Below are positions 8,831-18,655 of a DNA stretch of 64,000 nt, piece after piece. Each line of letters begins with the position of its first letter. Position 1 is the stretch's first letter. Position numbers and translations under genes: made by a program. The notes under the pieces are model-generated. The model searched no databases, was not told the origin of the DNA, and worked only from the letters and a program-made list of their open reading frames with translations. This DNA is from a virus: positions 32,001 to 96,000 of IMG/VR virus record IMGVR_UViG_3300048592_001371; one strand, 5' to 3'.

Positions 8831-10978
8831 ATGTCCTCCATACATTTCACAGATACCGTAACTCATCTTCCCGCCGAATGGGCGAATGACGTAGACGCTC
8901 TTGTCTATGACATTTTCTCCGCCGCGCAAACGCGCGCCGAAGCGCTGGTAGCCCTAGGATTGCGAGGGATGGCGTTGCAAAGCCCGGAATCGGTGAACAT
9001 CACCGGCGGGAACATTAACGGAGTTCAACTCGGCACCTTGAATGCGGTGCCGTTTGCCGTTATTGACATCCTGACATTGCAACAGGATCCTGTAGCCGAC
9101 GAGCAAGCGGTTCGTTTGGGCTACATGAAGTCCTTTGTCGATTCCGAAGTCGACGACAAGATATCCGTGTTCTCCAGCTCGCTTGGAGACATGGCATGGC
9201 AGAATGCGAACAACATCGCTGTCATCGGTGGCGTTCTTGACAACGTCACGATCGGCGGTTCTTCTCCGGCCAACGGCAAATTCATCAACCTGAAGATGAC
9301 GTCTTCTCCTTCGCAGGGTGACGATGTAATCACTCTGGGTTGGCTGCAAGCGGCCTATGGCCCGTTGTTCTCAAGCATCAAGTCGATGGCCTTTCAGGAA
9401 GACACGGCTGTTGACATAAACGGTGGCACGATCGACGGTGTGGACATTGGAAACGATGTTCCCGGATCGGGTATCTTCAGCGTTCTGCAAACAGCTACTG
9501 CGCCTACGTCAAACAACGACGTTACGAACAAGCTGTACGTCGATAACACGGTTGCAACTCTGATTTCCGGCCTTGGTACGATGGCGTACCAGAACCACGG
9601 AGCTGTGAACATTCTCGGTGGTACGATCCAGAACACCGTCATCGGTAGCTCCTTCCCAAATACTGGTCGATTCACTCAGGTGCAAATCGACAACAACCAA
9701 GCCTCGTTGTTCCTCCGAGCGGGAACAGCGGTGCCGGCCTCGGCCGAAGCGCGCATCTCCTTCCAGGAAGCTCTTGTCGAGCGTGGTCTGATTACGCTGG
9801 TTGGAGCGTCCAATACGGCCTACGATGCTTCGCTGCAAGGCTCGCTGTATATCCAAGCTGCGGCGACTCTTACGTTGCAAGGCTACTCAGCGGTTGCTAC
9901 GCTGACCGACTTAAACGGTCTGCATGTGAAGCATGGAACTCCGATTGCCAATCCGCTGACGATTACAACCTACACTCCCTCGATCACTGCCGGTGCCATT
10001 ACGGGAGCGGTCAAACGTGGCTCGGTAAGACTGTACGGCTCAGCAGTAGACTTTGGCACGATTCAGCAGAGCGCAACTTCGATGCATGTGGATGCGGGAT
10101 CCATTGTTCTGAACGGTATCGGGACAGGCACGATTCTCTTGAACGGTGCCGCGCCGGTCCTGGGTTCCGAACGGGCTCAGGCCCTCGACGGATTGTACGC
10201 AAACGTCCTGCGTTCACAGACCGCTTCTTTCGGTAATGTCGGTGCCACGGATACGGGATTATTGCTCAACGGCGTTACGATCAAACGTGCGAACATGTCG
10301 GGTGCCGAGCCCAACTCTACGTTGCGGATCGCGAACGCCAAGCAAGCGGGATCTACATTCTTGCAAGACACGCTGGCGGTTGATTTCTGCGCCGGCACTG
10401 ACACGGCTGTCGGTACAAAGATGGCCCAGATTCGAGTGCCTACGGAGGGTAGCGATCCTTCGTTCAATATCCGGGTGTATGATTCGGCCACTCTCGACCT
10501 GGAGCACATCGCGGCCTTCTACAAAGTTGGCATGGTTCTGGACAAGGACGGAATCGCCAAAGGCTGGCATTCGTTCTACGAATCTGCACTGGGCGTTACC
10601 GGAGCTGTGAACCTGGACATGGGCCTACATACGGTGTTCTATCAGAACATTGTGGGCGCTGTGACCTATACATTCTCGAACGTCCCTGCCCTGCCCGGCG
10701 TGATGCAACGCTTCGAGCTTTATGTCTATCAGGGTACAGGCGGAGCCGCGATCACTCTGCCTGCCGGTGTGTATTGGGCCACGCAGGTACCAAACTTTGC
10801 AGGAGCCCCGATAGGGCAAACGGACGTTATCGATCTGGTGACGTTCAATAGTGGAACAACGTGGGTAGCAAGCTGGAGACGGGGCCGTCCTGTGCCGTAT
10901 GGCGGAACCGTTGGTCACGTTCTTACTCGGGTTGCAGGTAGCGCTGATCCGTATGCCTGGCAAGCAGGTGGCGGTTAA
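8831..10978 (+). CDS. Tail fibre/structural protein
   Basis: Four repeats of (LG/IK).MA.Q...V.I.GG.ID...IG, the shared fibre C-terminal domain, and a terminal WQAGGG peptide. Confidence 0.75.
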   Translation: MSSIHFTDTVTHLPAEWANDVDALVYDIFSAAQTRAEALVALGLRGMALQSPESVNITGGNINGVQLGTLNAVPFAVIDILTLQQDPVADEQAVRLGYMKSFVDSEVDDKISVFSSSLGDMAWQNANNIAVIGGVLDNVTIGGSSPANGKFINLKMTSSPSQGDDVITLGWLQAAYGPLFSSIKSMAFQEDTAVDINGGTIDGVDIGNDVPGSGIFSVLQTATAPTSNNDVTNKLYVDNTVATLISGLGTMAYQNHGAVNILGGTIQNTVIGSSFPNTGRFTQVQIDNNQASLFLRAGTAVPASAEARISFQEALVERGLITLVGASNTAYDASLQGSLYIQAAATLTLQGYSAVATLTDLNGLHVKHGTPIANPLTITTYTPSITAGAITGAVKRGSVRLYGSAVDFGTIQQSATSMHVDAGSIVLNGIGTGTILLNGAAPVLGSERAQALDGLYANVLRSQTASFGNVGATDTGLLLNGVTIKRANMSGAEPNSTLRIANAKQAGSTFLQDTLAVDFCAGTDTAVGTKMAQIRVPTEGSDPSFNIRVYDSATLDLEHIAAFYKVGMVLDKDGIAKGWHSFYESALGVTGAVNLDMGLHTVFYQNIVGAVTYTFSNVPALPGVMQRFELYVYQGTGGAAITLPAGVYWATQVPNFAGAPIGQTDVIDLVTFNSGTTWVASWRRGRPVPYGGTVGHVLTRVAGSADPYAWQAGGG

Positions 10979-11059
10979 GAGCAACTCGTGTGACCGGTCA
11001 TGTAAATTAACATTGGCCGGGTACGGCACATTCAACCAAACCGTAATAGGAGAAGTAAC

Positions 11060-11413
11060 ATGGCAAAAATCGACGTCGCGCAGTCCCTGAAAACCATCGA
11101 TGGCAAATCCGACCTGACCCAGGTGGTCAAACAAGGTGATGCTCCGGTTCCTGTCACGCTGCGCGAAGTTTGCGTCCAGTGTCTTCTGACACCGACCGAC
11201 AAGGACGCCAATATCGGGGGCGACGAGAAGCACAAACGCTACACGCTGGCGCGCAAGATCGCTACGGCCGAAACAGGTGAAGATGGCACAAGCCTCGTTT
11301 CGCTGAAGTCGGACGAAATCCAGCTGCTGAAAGCCCAGATTCCCAACCTCTATACCTCGCTCGTTACCGGCCAGGCCTACAACCTGCTGGAAGGCGAGGC
11401 GGAAGCTGAGTAA
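11060..11413 (+). CDS. Conserved hypothetical phage protein
   Basis: Strong AGGAG RBS, biased codon usage, 117 aa. Confidence 0.7.
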   Translation: MAKIDVAQSLKTIDGKSDLTQVVKQGDAPVPVTLREVCVQCLLTPTDKDANIGGDEKHKRYTLARKIATAETGEDGTSLVSLKSDEIQLLKAQIPNLYTSLVTGQAYNLLEGEAEAE

Positions 11414-11415
11414 GA

Positions 11416-12300
11416 ATGCAAAACTACCAGATAACACAGGCCGGAATCACTGCCGCGTTCTACGCTGGCTCAGGTGGTCCCAAGATCGAGATCAACGAAT
11501 TTCGTCTTGGGACAGCCTACGGTTATACGCCGAGTCTAGCGGATACTTCCCTTCACGGGAGCGTCCTCTATTCCGGCGTGCCTCTGGGTTATGCTGTCAT
11601 TAATCAGGACACGTGTCAGTACTCGCTTCACGTCGACGAAACGGTAGGGAATTTTGACTTTGGCGAAATAGGATTGTACATCAACGGCGGAGTTCTCTTC
11701 GCCTTGCAATCCTTGCAGTTGCCGCAGCGCAAGATCGCTCAACCGGATTCCGACTGGAACGAGATTCTGCTGAAAGCTCAACTTCAGCTGACCAATCTGC
11801 CGGCCTTGATTCAGTGGACAGTTGAGAACCTGACGACAGGTGTTATTCTGGAGTTGTCGCAGTTCGAGCTGGTCGATCCACCGGATACGAGCGATGTGAA
11901 CGCATGCATCGTACACCAGGGGGATGAAGAAGGAAATCATGCGTTCATAACCAAGCGTGACGGTGACATCTGGGATGTTTCCACTCACCGTCACGCGGTG
12001 GTTGCGCAGGGTACTGTAGGTTCTGCAACGGGAGTGAGCGTGTCTTCTCCGGACATCTTCGGGGTGGACAGTTTGTTCCCATTAGGCAAATACCTGTTAC
12101 GATTCAGAACTGGCGTCCACAGGGGACAGTTTCGCAGGTTGGCGTATTCTCTGGGCTCAACCGTAGGTTGGGCTACCGCCTTCCCGACTCCAGCGAACGT
12201 AGGAGACAAGTTTGACATTCTTCAGTCGGACGTCAGTCTGCTGCAAGGTAGCGATGATCTATCGTTCCTGCATGCCCTGATGCTGAGGAAGACCAACTAG
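11416..12300 (+). CDS. Baseplate-proximal tail fibre/collar protein
   Basis: N-terminal ITQAG...GNFDFGEIGLY motif typical of myovirus fibre-attachment domains. Confidence 0.65.
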   Translation: MQNYQITQAGITAAFYAGSGGPKIEINEFRLGTAYGYTPSLADTSLHGSVLYSGVPLGYAVINQDTCQYSLHVDETVGNFDFGEIGLYINGGVLFALQSLQLPQRKIAQPDSDWNEILLKAQLQLTNLPALIQWTVENLTTGVILELSQFELVDPPDTSDVNACIVHQGDEEGNHAFITKRDGDIWDVSTHRHAVVAQGTVGSATGVSVSSPDIFGVDSLFPLGKYLLRFRTGVHRGQFRRLAYSLGSTVGWATAFPTPANVGDKFDILQSDVSLLQGSDDLSFLHALMLRKTN

Positions 12301-12308
12301 GTGGCTAT

Positions 12309-12626
12309 ATGTCCATTCAATATACGGGTCCCGGTGTAGCACTTGGGGTAGCACCAGTCACGGTCTACGCGTGCCCGATGACAATCAAGGCAGGAAACAT
12401 TGCTGGCGGTTTGATTGCCAACAATGATTCCGTGTTCCACAGAACGATCCTCGTCTCCGGTATGATTACGGGACGCAATCTTTCAGTCTTTACGGAAGTA
12501 GAAGTGCCTTACGGTTCCTCGCTTCCTTTGCCGGTCATGACGTTAAACCCAGGAGAAGAATTGCGTATGTGGGCTAACATTAGCGGCGTGGTCAACGTCA
12601 CACTATCAGTTGGGGAGCAGAAATGA
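12309..12626 (+). CDS. Hypothetical structural protein
   Basis: 105-aa beta-rich ORF in operon. Confidence 0.6.
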   Translation: MSIQYTGPGVALGVAPVTVYACPMTIKAGNIAGGLIANNDSVFHRTILVSGMITGRNLSVFTEVEVPYGSSLPLPVMTLNPGEELRMWANISGVVNVTLSVGEQK

Positions 12627-13060
12627 ACCACTTTGGATTTCCGTATATTCCAAGAGCGGCCCCGTTCGCCTTCAAGGAAGTGCCTCTGGGTTATGTCATC
12701 GGCCCCGATGATGTTGGCCTGACGCTGGGTTTGAATTTCACAGGAAGCATTTCCCTGCCCAAGATCAACGCCTTGCCATTCCCCAGAGCGTACTGTTTGA
12801 TGCTCGCGGCATTGGCCGGAAGCGTAACAATCCTCGTTCCCAGCGGTGACAACATTCGGGATGGGGTAGCAGATGTTGGGACGATGGTTCTGCCGCACGG
12901 AGCCTCGGCCCTTTATATACCGTGGGATATTTCCGCTTCTGGACGTTGGTGGTTGATACGTCAAGGGCGGACAGTGCCTCATGGTGGCGCAATCGGGCAA
13001 GTTCTTACTCGTGTTACGGGTACGGGCGATCCCTATGCGTGGCAAGCAGGCGGTGGTTAA
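12623..13060 (+). CDS. Hypothetical structural protein with terminal WQAGGG peptide
   Basis: Its last 33 aa are 24/33 identical to the end of 8831..10978. Confidence 0.65.
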   Translation: MNHFGFPYIPRAAPFAFKEVPLGYVIGPDDVGLTLGLNFTGSISLPKINALPFPRAYCLMLAALAGSVTILVPSGDNIRDGVADVGTMVLPHGASALYIPWDISASGRWWLIRQGRTVPHGGAIGQVLTRVTGTGDPYAWQAGGG

Positions 13061-13107
13061 TAGACCCGCCAATTTCGTGAACTAGTCACTTACTCTAGGA
13101 GAGAAAC

Positions 13108-13758
13108 ATGGGAATTCGTGCCATCATCAACAAGAAAACCGGGCGTCTGGTTTCGACCATAGCCGGGGACAGAACGTATGAAGCTTCTGCGGTTCTGGAA
13201 AGCAACCCGGATTTGCGCGTTCGCTACTTGAACGTCAAGCTCCCGACAGGTTACCGCCACGTCGACGCCTCGCGTTACAAGATCAATGCTCGAGGCGTGG
13301 TGTTCAAGTCGGCAGTGACTGCTGACGAAATCGTCGGCCTCCGTGTGGATGCGGCCAAGATTCGCGCTACAGCTCTGATCCGCACATTGGTCGAACTGAA
13401 ACGTCGGCCTCTGACCAAGAACTACACGCTGCAGGGTCAAACCTACCGCGAGAAAGCGTTGCAAGCCAAGGCCCTGAAAGACGCGCTTGTTGCCAATCCG
13501 GGAATGTCAGACACACAAGTCGAGGCCGTGGCACCTATGGTTCTCGACTACGCACGTCTGAAGGGCATTTCCAATTCGGCGGCCGCTGACGACATCTGTC
13601 TGAAGTGGGACGCGGTTCTGGCTACCGCGCGTACGACGGAGAACCAGCGCCAGACCTTCAACGAGCGCATCAAAACGGCGACTACAGAAGAAGAAGCTCT
13701 GGCTATCGAGCAAGAACTGCGCGACCTGATCACTGCCGCAACGCAGCCGGCCGCGTAA
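13108..13758 (+). CDS. Tail-fibre-assembly-like protein (paralogue 1)
   Basis: Motif Q..TY.EK...A...PM...A..KG.S...A..I...TE..R...I..A.T is shared with 20976, 25557, 27166 and 37227; strong RBS. Confidence 0.65.
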   Translation: MGIRAIINKKTGRLVSTIAGDRTYEASAVLESNPDLRVRYLNVKLPTGYRHVDASRYKINARGVVFKSAVTADEIVGLRVDAAKIRATALIRTLVELKRRPLTKNYTLQGQTYREKALQAKALKDALVANPGMSDTQVEAVAPMVLDYARLKGISNSAAADDICLKWDAVLATARTTENQRQTFNERIKTATTEEEALAIEQELRDLITAATQPAA

Positions 13759-13772
13759 TTCGTAGTACAACA

Positions 13773-13803
13773 AACGGGGTGGCTTTCCACCCCGTTACCT
13801 TTA
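13773..13803 (+). terminator. Intrinsic terminator-like hairpin
   Basis: Perfect 10-bp stem AACGGGGTGG-cttt-CCACCCCGTT followed by a short T-rich tract. Confidence 0.65.
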
Positions 13804-13814
13804 TTGGTACAGAA

Positions 13815-14543
13815 ATGTTGAGACTGTCCGAAATCTACAAACCTGTGTTCTCGGCAGATGATGTGAGACTGGTATCGGAAACATTCTGCCACTCACTCGC
13901 TCCCGGATACGCAGACATTATCGGCCGACTATCCAAAGGCCTGCAAGTCCGCTCTGCCTCTGATGCAGACCTTGACATGCTCAAGTATCTACGCGGACTT
14001 AACGTCCTCTCGTATGAGGACACTGCTCTCTCCAGCGAGAACCCACTCATGTACTGGCGCCTATTGGGTTACAGTACAGAGTACGTCCAGAAGCAAATCA
14101 AACACAATACAATTCGGGTACTAGGAGGGGACAACCCAGACATCGATGCCTTCTCAGAACAACTGGCCGCTCTGGGATGGACAATATGCGATGACAGTCG
14201 AGTACGGGTGATTCTGCTGAACAGCCAGGCTCAGATAGATGAAGCACTGTCGTTCTACGGTCTGCGTATGGCGACTATCCCAATAGTGCTAGATCGATTT
14301 CGCGCCTCAATTGGGCCGTTGTACTACCCCGGTTTGCTCGAATGGCCGAATCTGAGCAAACAAGCGGAAGCCTCTCCGGTCTACTTGAAAGAAGGGGCCG
14401 GACTGATTCCAGCGTACAAGTCGATTCAGCTAAGACTGGTTGCCTTGTACGTTGCAAGAATTCTGATGTGCCTTGAGGACATTGCGAGCTGTTTCCTAGA
14501 GCTCGATCTGACGACCATGCGAGTGAAGGAGCGACATGTCTGA
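13815..14543 (+). CDS. TOMM-type leader-peptide-binding / degenerate E1(ThiF)-like protein
   Basis: Motifs VRLVSE, YWRLLG...QKQI...IRVLG, SIGPLYYPG and C-terminal FLELDLTTMRVKERH parallel TOMM cyclodehydratase C-proteins. The usual Zn CxxC after GP...PG is missing. Confidence 0.55.
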   Translation: MLRLSEIYKPVFSADDVRLVSETFCHSLAPGYADIIGRLSKGLQVRSASDADLDMLKYLRGLNVLSYEDTALSSENPLMYWRLLGYSTEYVQKQIKHNTIRVLGGDNPDIDAFSEQLAALGWTICDDSRVRVILLNSQAQIDEALSFYGLRMATIPIVLDRFRASIGPLYYPGLLEWPNLSKQAEASPVYLKEGAGLIPAYKSIQLRLVALYVARILMCLEDIASCFLELDLTTMRVKERHV

Positions 14544-15450
14544 GATCACGAATTTCGACTTGTTCGTAGGGTACAATCAAAGGCCATGGACATTCTCTAC
14601 GAATCCTTCCGACAAGTTCATGGTCTGGTCGAAGCGCCTGAAGCGCAAAATCTTCCCCTTCCGAGACGAGCTAGCACAAGCGGCGCAAGAATTATCAGTA
14701 CGCGGACTAGGTCCCTTCTACGTTCTGTATTCTGGTGGCTACGACAGCGAAGCAATCCTAGCAGCCTTTCTGGAGAACGGTCTGCCTGTTGTCCCGATCA
14801 TGGTGCGATATACCGATGAGAGCAACTCGGAAGACTTTGAACACGGGCTAAACTACTTAGCCCACTACGAGATGTCTCCGATCATCTACGAGATAGATCT
14901 GGCGAAGTGGATACACTCACAGGAGTGTCGTGACCTAGCAGAGAAGGTGCAAGCCGGTGATCTAGCAACGACAGCCATCTACAAGGCTGTGCTAGATATG
15001 CCGCAACTGCGCGAAGGCTTCTTTATCATGGGTTTGCACGAACCAGCCATCTACGCCCAGGACACCGAAGAGAAGCGTGAATGGGTACTGCTGGAAGAGG
15101 AGAAGTGGTACGCACATCACAAATTCCTACTGGCCCACAATCTACGTGGGATAGGTGCCTTCATACACTACAGCCCGGAGCTTTACACGTCCTTCGTGGT
15201 CAATCCAGCGTACATGCGTGTGTATGCGAACATGTTCAATCCTGAGCTGTGGCAAGCCGAGTGGGTGAAGCATCAGTTGTTCTCAAAGTATCTGCGCTTG
15301 GAGCGTAGAGAAAAACGGACAGGGTTCGAAGCGATTCAAGGTGAGGTCAATCGTATCAACCACGAATGGATACGAGAGCACGAAGGATTGTGGGATAGGC
15401 ACTACGTGACGCCTGTCCTAGATTGGGTACGTGGAGTAGGCCACCTATGA
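14536..15450 (+). CDS. PP-loop ATP pyrophosphatase (adenine nucleotide alpha-hydrolase superfamily)
   Basis: VLYSGGYDSE PP-loop and C-terminal KRTGFE. Confidence 0.75.
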   Translation: MSEITNFDLFVGYNQRPWTFSTNPSDKFMVWSKRLKRKIFPFRDELAQAAQELSVRGLGPFYVLYSGGYDSEAILAAFLENGLPVVPIMVRYTDESNSEDFEHGLNYLAHYEMSPIIYEIDLAKWIHSQECRDLAEKVQAGDLATTAIYKAVLDMPQLREGFFIMGLHEPAIYAQDTEEKREWVLLEEEKWYAHHKFLLAHNLRGIGAFIHYSPELYTSFVVNPAYMRVYANMFNPELWQAEWVKHQLFSKYLRLERREKRTGFEAIQGEVNRINHEWIREHEGLWDRHYVTPVLDWVRGVGHL

Positions 15451-15905
15451 ATATAGTCAAGATCACAAACGACAAAGACGTGATGCGTCTCATGCTGGAG
15501 GAAAAGCGACCTCTGCAACAGGTCTTTGGCGTAGAGAACGTCATGCGCGGCTACACTGACGAGCAAAGCGGCTACTTCGGCGTCTACAAAGAGCTCTGTT
15601 TGTCTAGTGCCTATCAGTGCTCGGCTTGGTCTGATGTCCTGTTCGTACATGACATCGTTGGAGCAATTCAGGATGTCTGGTTGCACATACGAAACGGACG
15701 CAACTTTGTAGCATACGTCCGAAAGGGTAACATGCCGAGCCTGGGGGAGCTAGAAGGTCTGTTTGGCCTTCCCGTCTTCGCCAACAGCACACGGAATTTG
15801 GACTACGCAATGCTCCATTCTCTGTTCAACTACGTTCTTCCTCAAGAGAACGGTTACGTTATAGCGAGCCAAAAATGGGACATTCCATTGATGATAAGCC
15901 TGTAA
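15447..15905 (+). CDS. Hypothetical protein
   Basis: ATGA overlap with the upstream gene; 152 aa. Confidence 0.6.
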   Translation: MNIVKITNDKDVMRLMLEEKRPLQQVFGVENVMRGYTDEQSGYFGVYKELCLSSAYQCSAWSDVLFVHDIVGAIQDVWLHIRNGRNFVAYVRKGNMPSLGELEGLFGLPVFANSTRNLDYAMLHSLFNYVLPQENGYVIASQKWDIPLMISL

Positions 15906-16762
15906 TCATTTGCTCCTTCCCGAGGAGCGGCAGTACGTTGCTTCAACGATTGCTGAACACACATGACGATCTATGCATCTGGGGAGAGAACCTCGGTCTT
16001 CTGACAGCTATGCTAGACCAGATTGCAGCCTTGCGCTGGACGGGAACAGATCCCAAGACAGCGGCCCAAGTCAAACAATCTTCCGAATTTTCTCCGGTCA
16101 GCACTCCCTACACGGCTTTCGATCTGCAAGAAGCGTTCAAGAAACTCCTCGTCGGCTTTTACGCTAGAGGGTTGAAAGAGAATATACGCTGGGGCTACAA
16201 AGACCACAATCACTACTACCCATTCGATCTAATTGAGATCAACAAGATATTCCCCGGGGCTCAGTTCATCGTATTGAGAAGGAACGGTCCAGACTGTTGC
16301 ACGAAAGCTATATTGGCGCCTTGGGTGCGCGAGAAGATAGAAGGCACTCCGAGCCTGTTAGGAGTAGACGTGCGTGCCAGTATGGACAGCTTGGTCTCTT
16401 CCGTCATTCTCACCTATCTGCAATTCAACACCTTCGCTTCGAACGTCTACAAAAACAGAACAGACGTGAGGGTGATTGAGTACGAGGATCTGGTGCGAAG
16501 TCCTGAGCATGTGATCGAGCACTTGTCGCAATTCTTGAATCTACGGCAGGACGGCTGGAATATTGAAGCCTTCGAGACACAGCTATCAACGAAGCTGGGG
16601 AAAACGCCCAGTCAGGGAAGCTATGGCTTCATGACAGAAGAGTTGGTACGGGAGTACGTGGACAAGTGGTGGAGGAAACTGGTAGTAGAGGGCAACGTCG
16701 AACGGCGAGAGCGTGATCTTCGTTGGAACGTTGTGACGGGTAGACACTGGCGCTGGTACTGA
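15875..16762 (+). CDS. Sulfotransferase family protein
   Basis: ICSFPRSGSTLLQRLLNTH...GE, RWGYK, FPGAQFIVLRRN and IEYEDLV motifs. Confidence 0.85.
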   Translation: MGHSIDDKPVIICSFPRSGSTLLQRLLNTHDDLCIWGENLGLLTAMLDQIAALRWTGTDPKTAAQVKQSSEFSPVSTPYTAFDLQEAFKKLLVGFYARGLKENIRWGYKDHNHYYPFDLIEINKIFPGAQFIVLRRNGPDCCTKAILAPWVREKIEGTPSLLGVDVRASMDSLVSSVILTYLQFNTFASNVYKNRTDVRVIEYEDLVRSPEHVIEHLSQFLNLRQDGWNIEAFETQLSTKLGKTPSQGSYGFMTEELVREYVDKWWRKLVVEGNVERRERDLRWNVVTGRHWRWY

Positions 16763-16769
16763 GGAAATC

Positions 16770-17189
16770 ATGACTTCTGTTCGTGTATCGCAAGAGAAAC
16801 TGAAAACAGGCTCGCTGGACGTGGCGGAACTGGTTCTGGAAACCCAGCTCGATCTAGCGCGTAGAAACATTACCGCTGCGTACTTCCCAATACGAGAGGA
16901 ACTGGACGAGACATTAGTTCTGCGCGCCATGAACGGAGAACTGGCGGCTGTTCTCGTTTGGCGAAAGTATGTCGACTCTATCTGGATCATCATAGCAGCC
17001 GTGAAGGATGGCTTCCGAGGGCAAGGACTGCATCAACTGCTGCATCAAGAACTGGACAAGGTAGCGCGCCAACTTGGCATCGGCGTCATTGAGACGTATG
17101 TCGGGACAGAGAACAAATCAGTGCTGCGGTCCTACGAAAAGATGGGTATTACGCCACAGATGTACTACATCAAGAAAAAGGTGCCGTAA
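16770..17189 (+). CDS. GNAT acetyltransferase 1
   Basis: AVKDGFRGQGLH acetyl-CoA motif and ENKSVLRSYEKMG. Confidence 0.85.
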   Translation: MTSVRVSQEKLKTGSLDVAELVLETQLDLARRNITAAYFPIREELDETLVLRAMNGELAAVLVWRKYVDSIWIIIAAVKDGFRGQGLHQLLHQELDKVARQLGIGVIETYVGTENKSVLRSYEKMGITPQMYYIKKKVP

Positions 17190-18655
17190 TGCTGTTGGAG
17201 AACGTCGATCTGTTGCTCATTTCGGATTGCTACGAAACTCCGTATGTAAGGTATAGCGGCCCCTACGTCCTCGCTTCCTACCTTCGCAGGCATGGTCTGA
17301 GAGTGCAGGTAGTAGACTACTTTTCCCGCTTCACAGATACCGAGATAGAAACCATAGTAGACGTGTGCGTTGGCTCCAATACCAAGGCGGTAGGAGTATC
17401 GGATACATTCTCCGGCAAGCCCTTGCATGAGCTCGCAGATGGATCGACCTATGGTTGGCCCTTCTTCGAGAGGCATGACAGGATACGTCGCTTCATCGGC
17501 AATGTCAAGCGCAAGAATCCGAAAACGCGACTGTTGATGGGTGGGCAAAAGACCACTCAAGGACTAAGCGCCGGGTACATAGACACATACTTCCATGGGT
17601 TCGCCGAACAGTCACTTCTCGCTTATCTACAAAGCGAAGGACATGAAGTTCCACGTGTCGTCAAAGAAGCCACCATCCCGAATTGGAAAGACATCCCAAC
17701 CATTCATCACGAGTCCGACAACATCCTCGAAGGAGAAACGCTGCCGTTAGAAGTGTCTCGTGGCTGTATCTTCAACTGCAAATTCTGCTCATACCCCCGT
17801 CGAAATGCCAAGGACTTGAACTACATAAAGTCGGAGGAAGCTATCTACCAGCAGCTTCTGCACAACTATGAGCAATATGGCACTACCTGTTACACGCTAC
17901 TGGACGATACGCACAACGATTCGAAAGCCAAACTCGAAACCATTCGGAACGTTCTAGATCGTCTGCCGTTCAGCATCGAATTTGCTACCTATCTGCGGCT
18001 CGATCTGATAGCCAAAGATATGTCCACCGCGGAGTTGCTCATACGAAATGGACTACGTGGAGCCTTCTTCGGAATAGAGACACTACACAAGGAAGCGGGA
18101 CGACTCGTTGGAAAAGGCCTAGAGCCTGACGAAACGAGAAAGGCGCTGCGAAAATTACGGGAGTTGTGGGGAAACGAAGTAGGAACGCAAGGTGCTTTCA
18201 TCCTAGGCTTGCCGAAACAGCCAGAAGCTGATGTGATACTGATGTGCGAAGAGGTCTGCGACCCTTCCTTCCCGTTACATGGCCCAATATTCTTTCCGTT
18301 GATCATGTATCCAGGCAGGACAAATCCCTCACCGTTCGAGAAAAATCCGTCCCTATACGGGATACGCTTGGAGGAAGGGGATCGGCACGGGTATTGGCAT
18401 AATAGTGAAACCGGCATGGACTTCGAACGCGCGATAGAGATTCAAAACGAATACACGACGCGCATCTACCGCAATCACAGACGCCAATGTGGAGGTTTCT
18501 TGCCCATCATGGCAGTTAATCTAGGTATCAAAGCGCGGGACTTAATCGGCATGCCCGCGAGGGTCGCTCATAAGAAGTACAATATGCAGTCGAGGGAGTC
18601 TCCCTATTTGGCAAAGTACAAAGCAAAGGTTCTGGGAACAACGGAGGGGCAATGA
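17189..18655 (+). CDS. B12-binding (class B-like) radical SAM enzyme 1
   Basis: N-terminal GPYVLASYLR..G..V.VVD, SRGCIFNCKFC cluster motif, FFGIETL and FILGLP. Confidence 0.9.
   Translation: MLLENVDLLLISDCYETPYVRYSGPYVLASYLRRHGLRVQVVDYFSRFTDTEIETIVDVCVGSNTKAVGVSDTFSGKPLHELADGSTYGWPFFERHDRIRRFIGNVKRKNPKTRLLMGGQKTTQGLSAGYIDTYFHGFAEQSLLAYLQSEGHEVPRVVKEATIPNWKDIPTIHHESDNILEGETLPLEVSRGCIFNCKFCSYPRRNAKDLNYIKSEEAIYQQLLHNYEQYGTTCYTLLDDTHNDSKAKLETIRNVLDRLPFSIEFATYLRLDLIAKDMSTAELLIRNGLRGAFFGIETLHKEAGRLVGKGLEPDETRKALRKLRELWGNEVGTQGAFILGLPKQPEADVILMCEEVCDPSFPLHGPIFFPLIMYPGRTNPSPFEKNPSLYGIRLEEGDRHGYWHNSETGMDFERAIEIQNEYTTRIYRNHRRQCGGFLPIMAVNLGIKARDLIGMPARVAHKKYNMQSRESPYLAKYKAKVLGTTEGQ

Noticed and set aside
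10877-13060. Duplicated 3' ends as a DGR template/variable repeat pair
   Set aside because: The differences are not adenine-specific, both copies are coding, and there is no reverse transcriptase in the window.
13605-13814. N-terminal extension of the 13605 ORF given in the track
   Set aside because: It overlaps the upstream gene and crosses a terminator; the real start is more likely ATG 13815.
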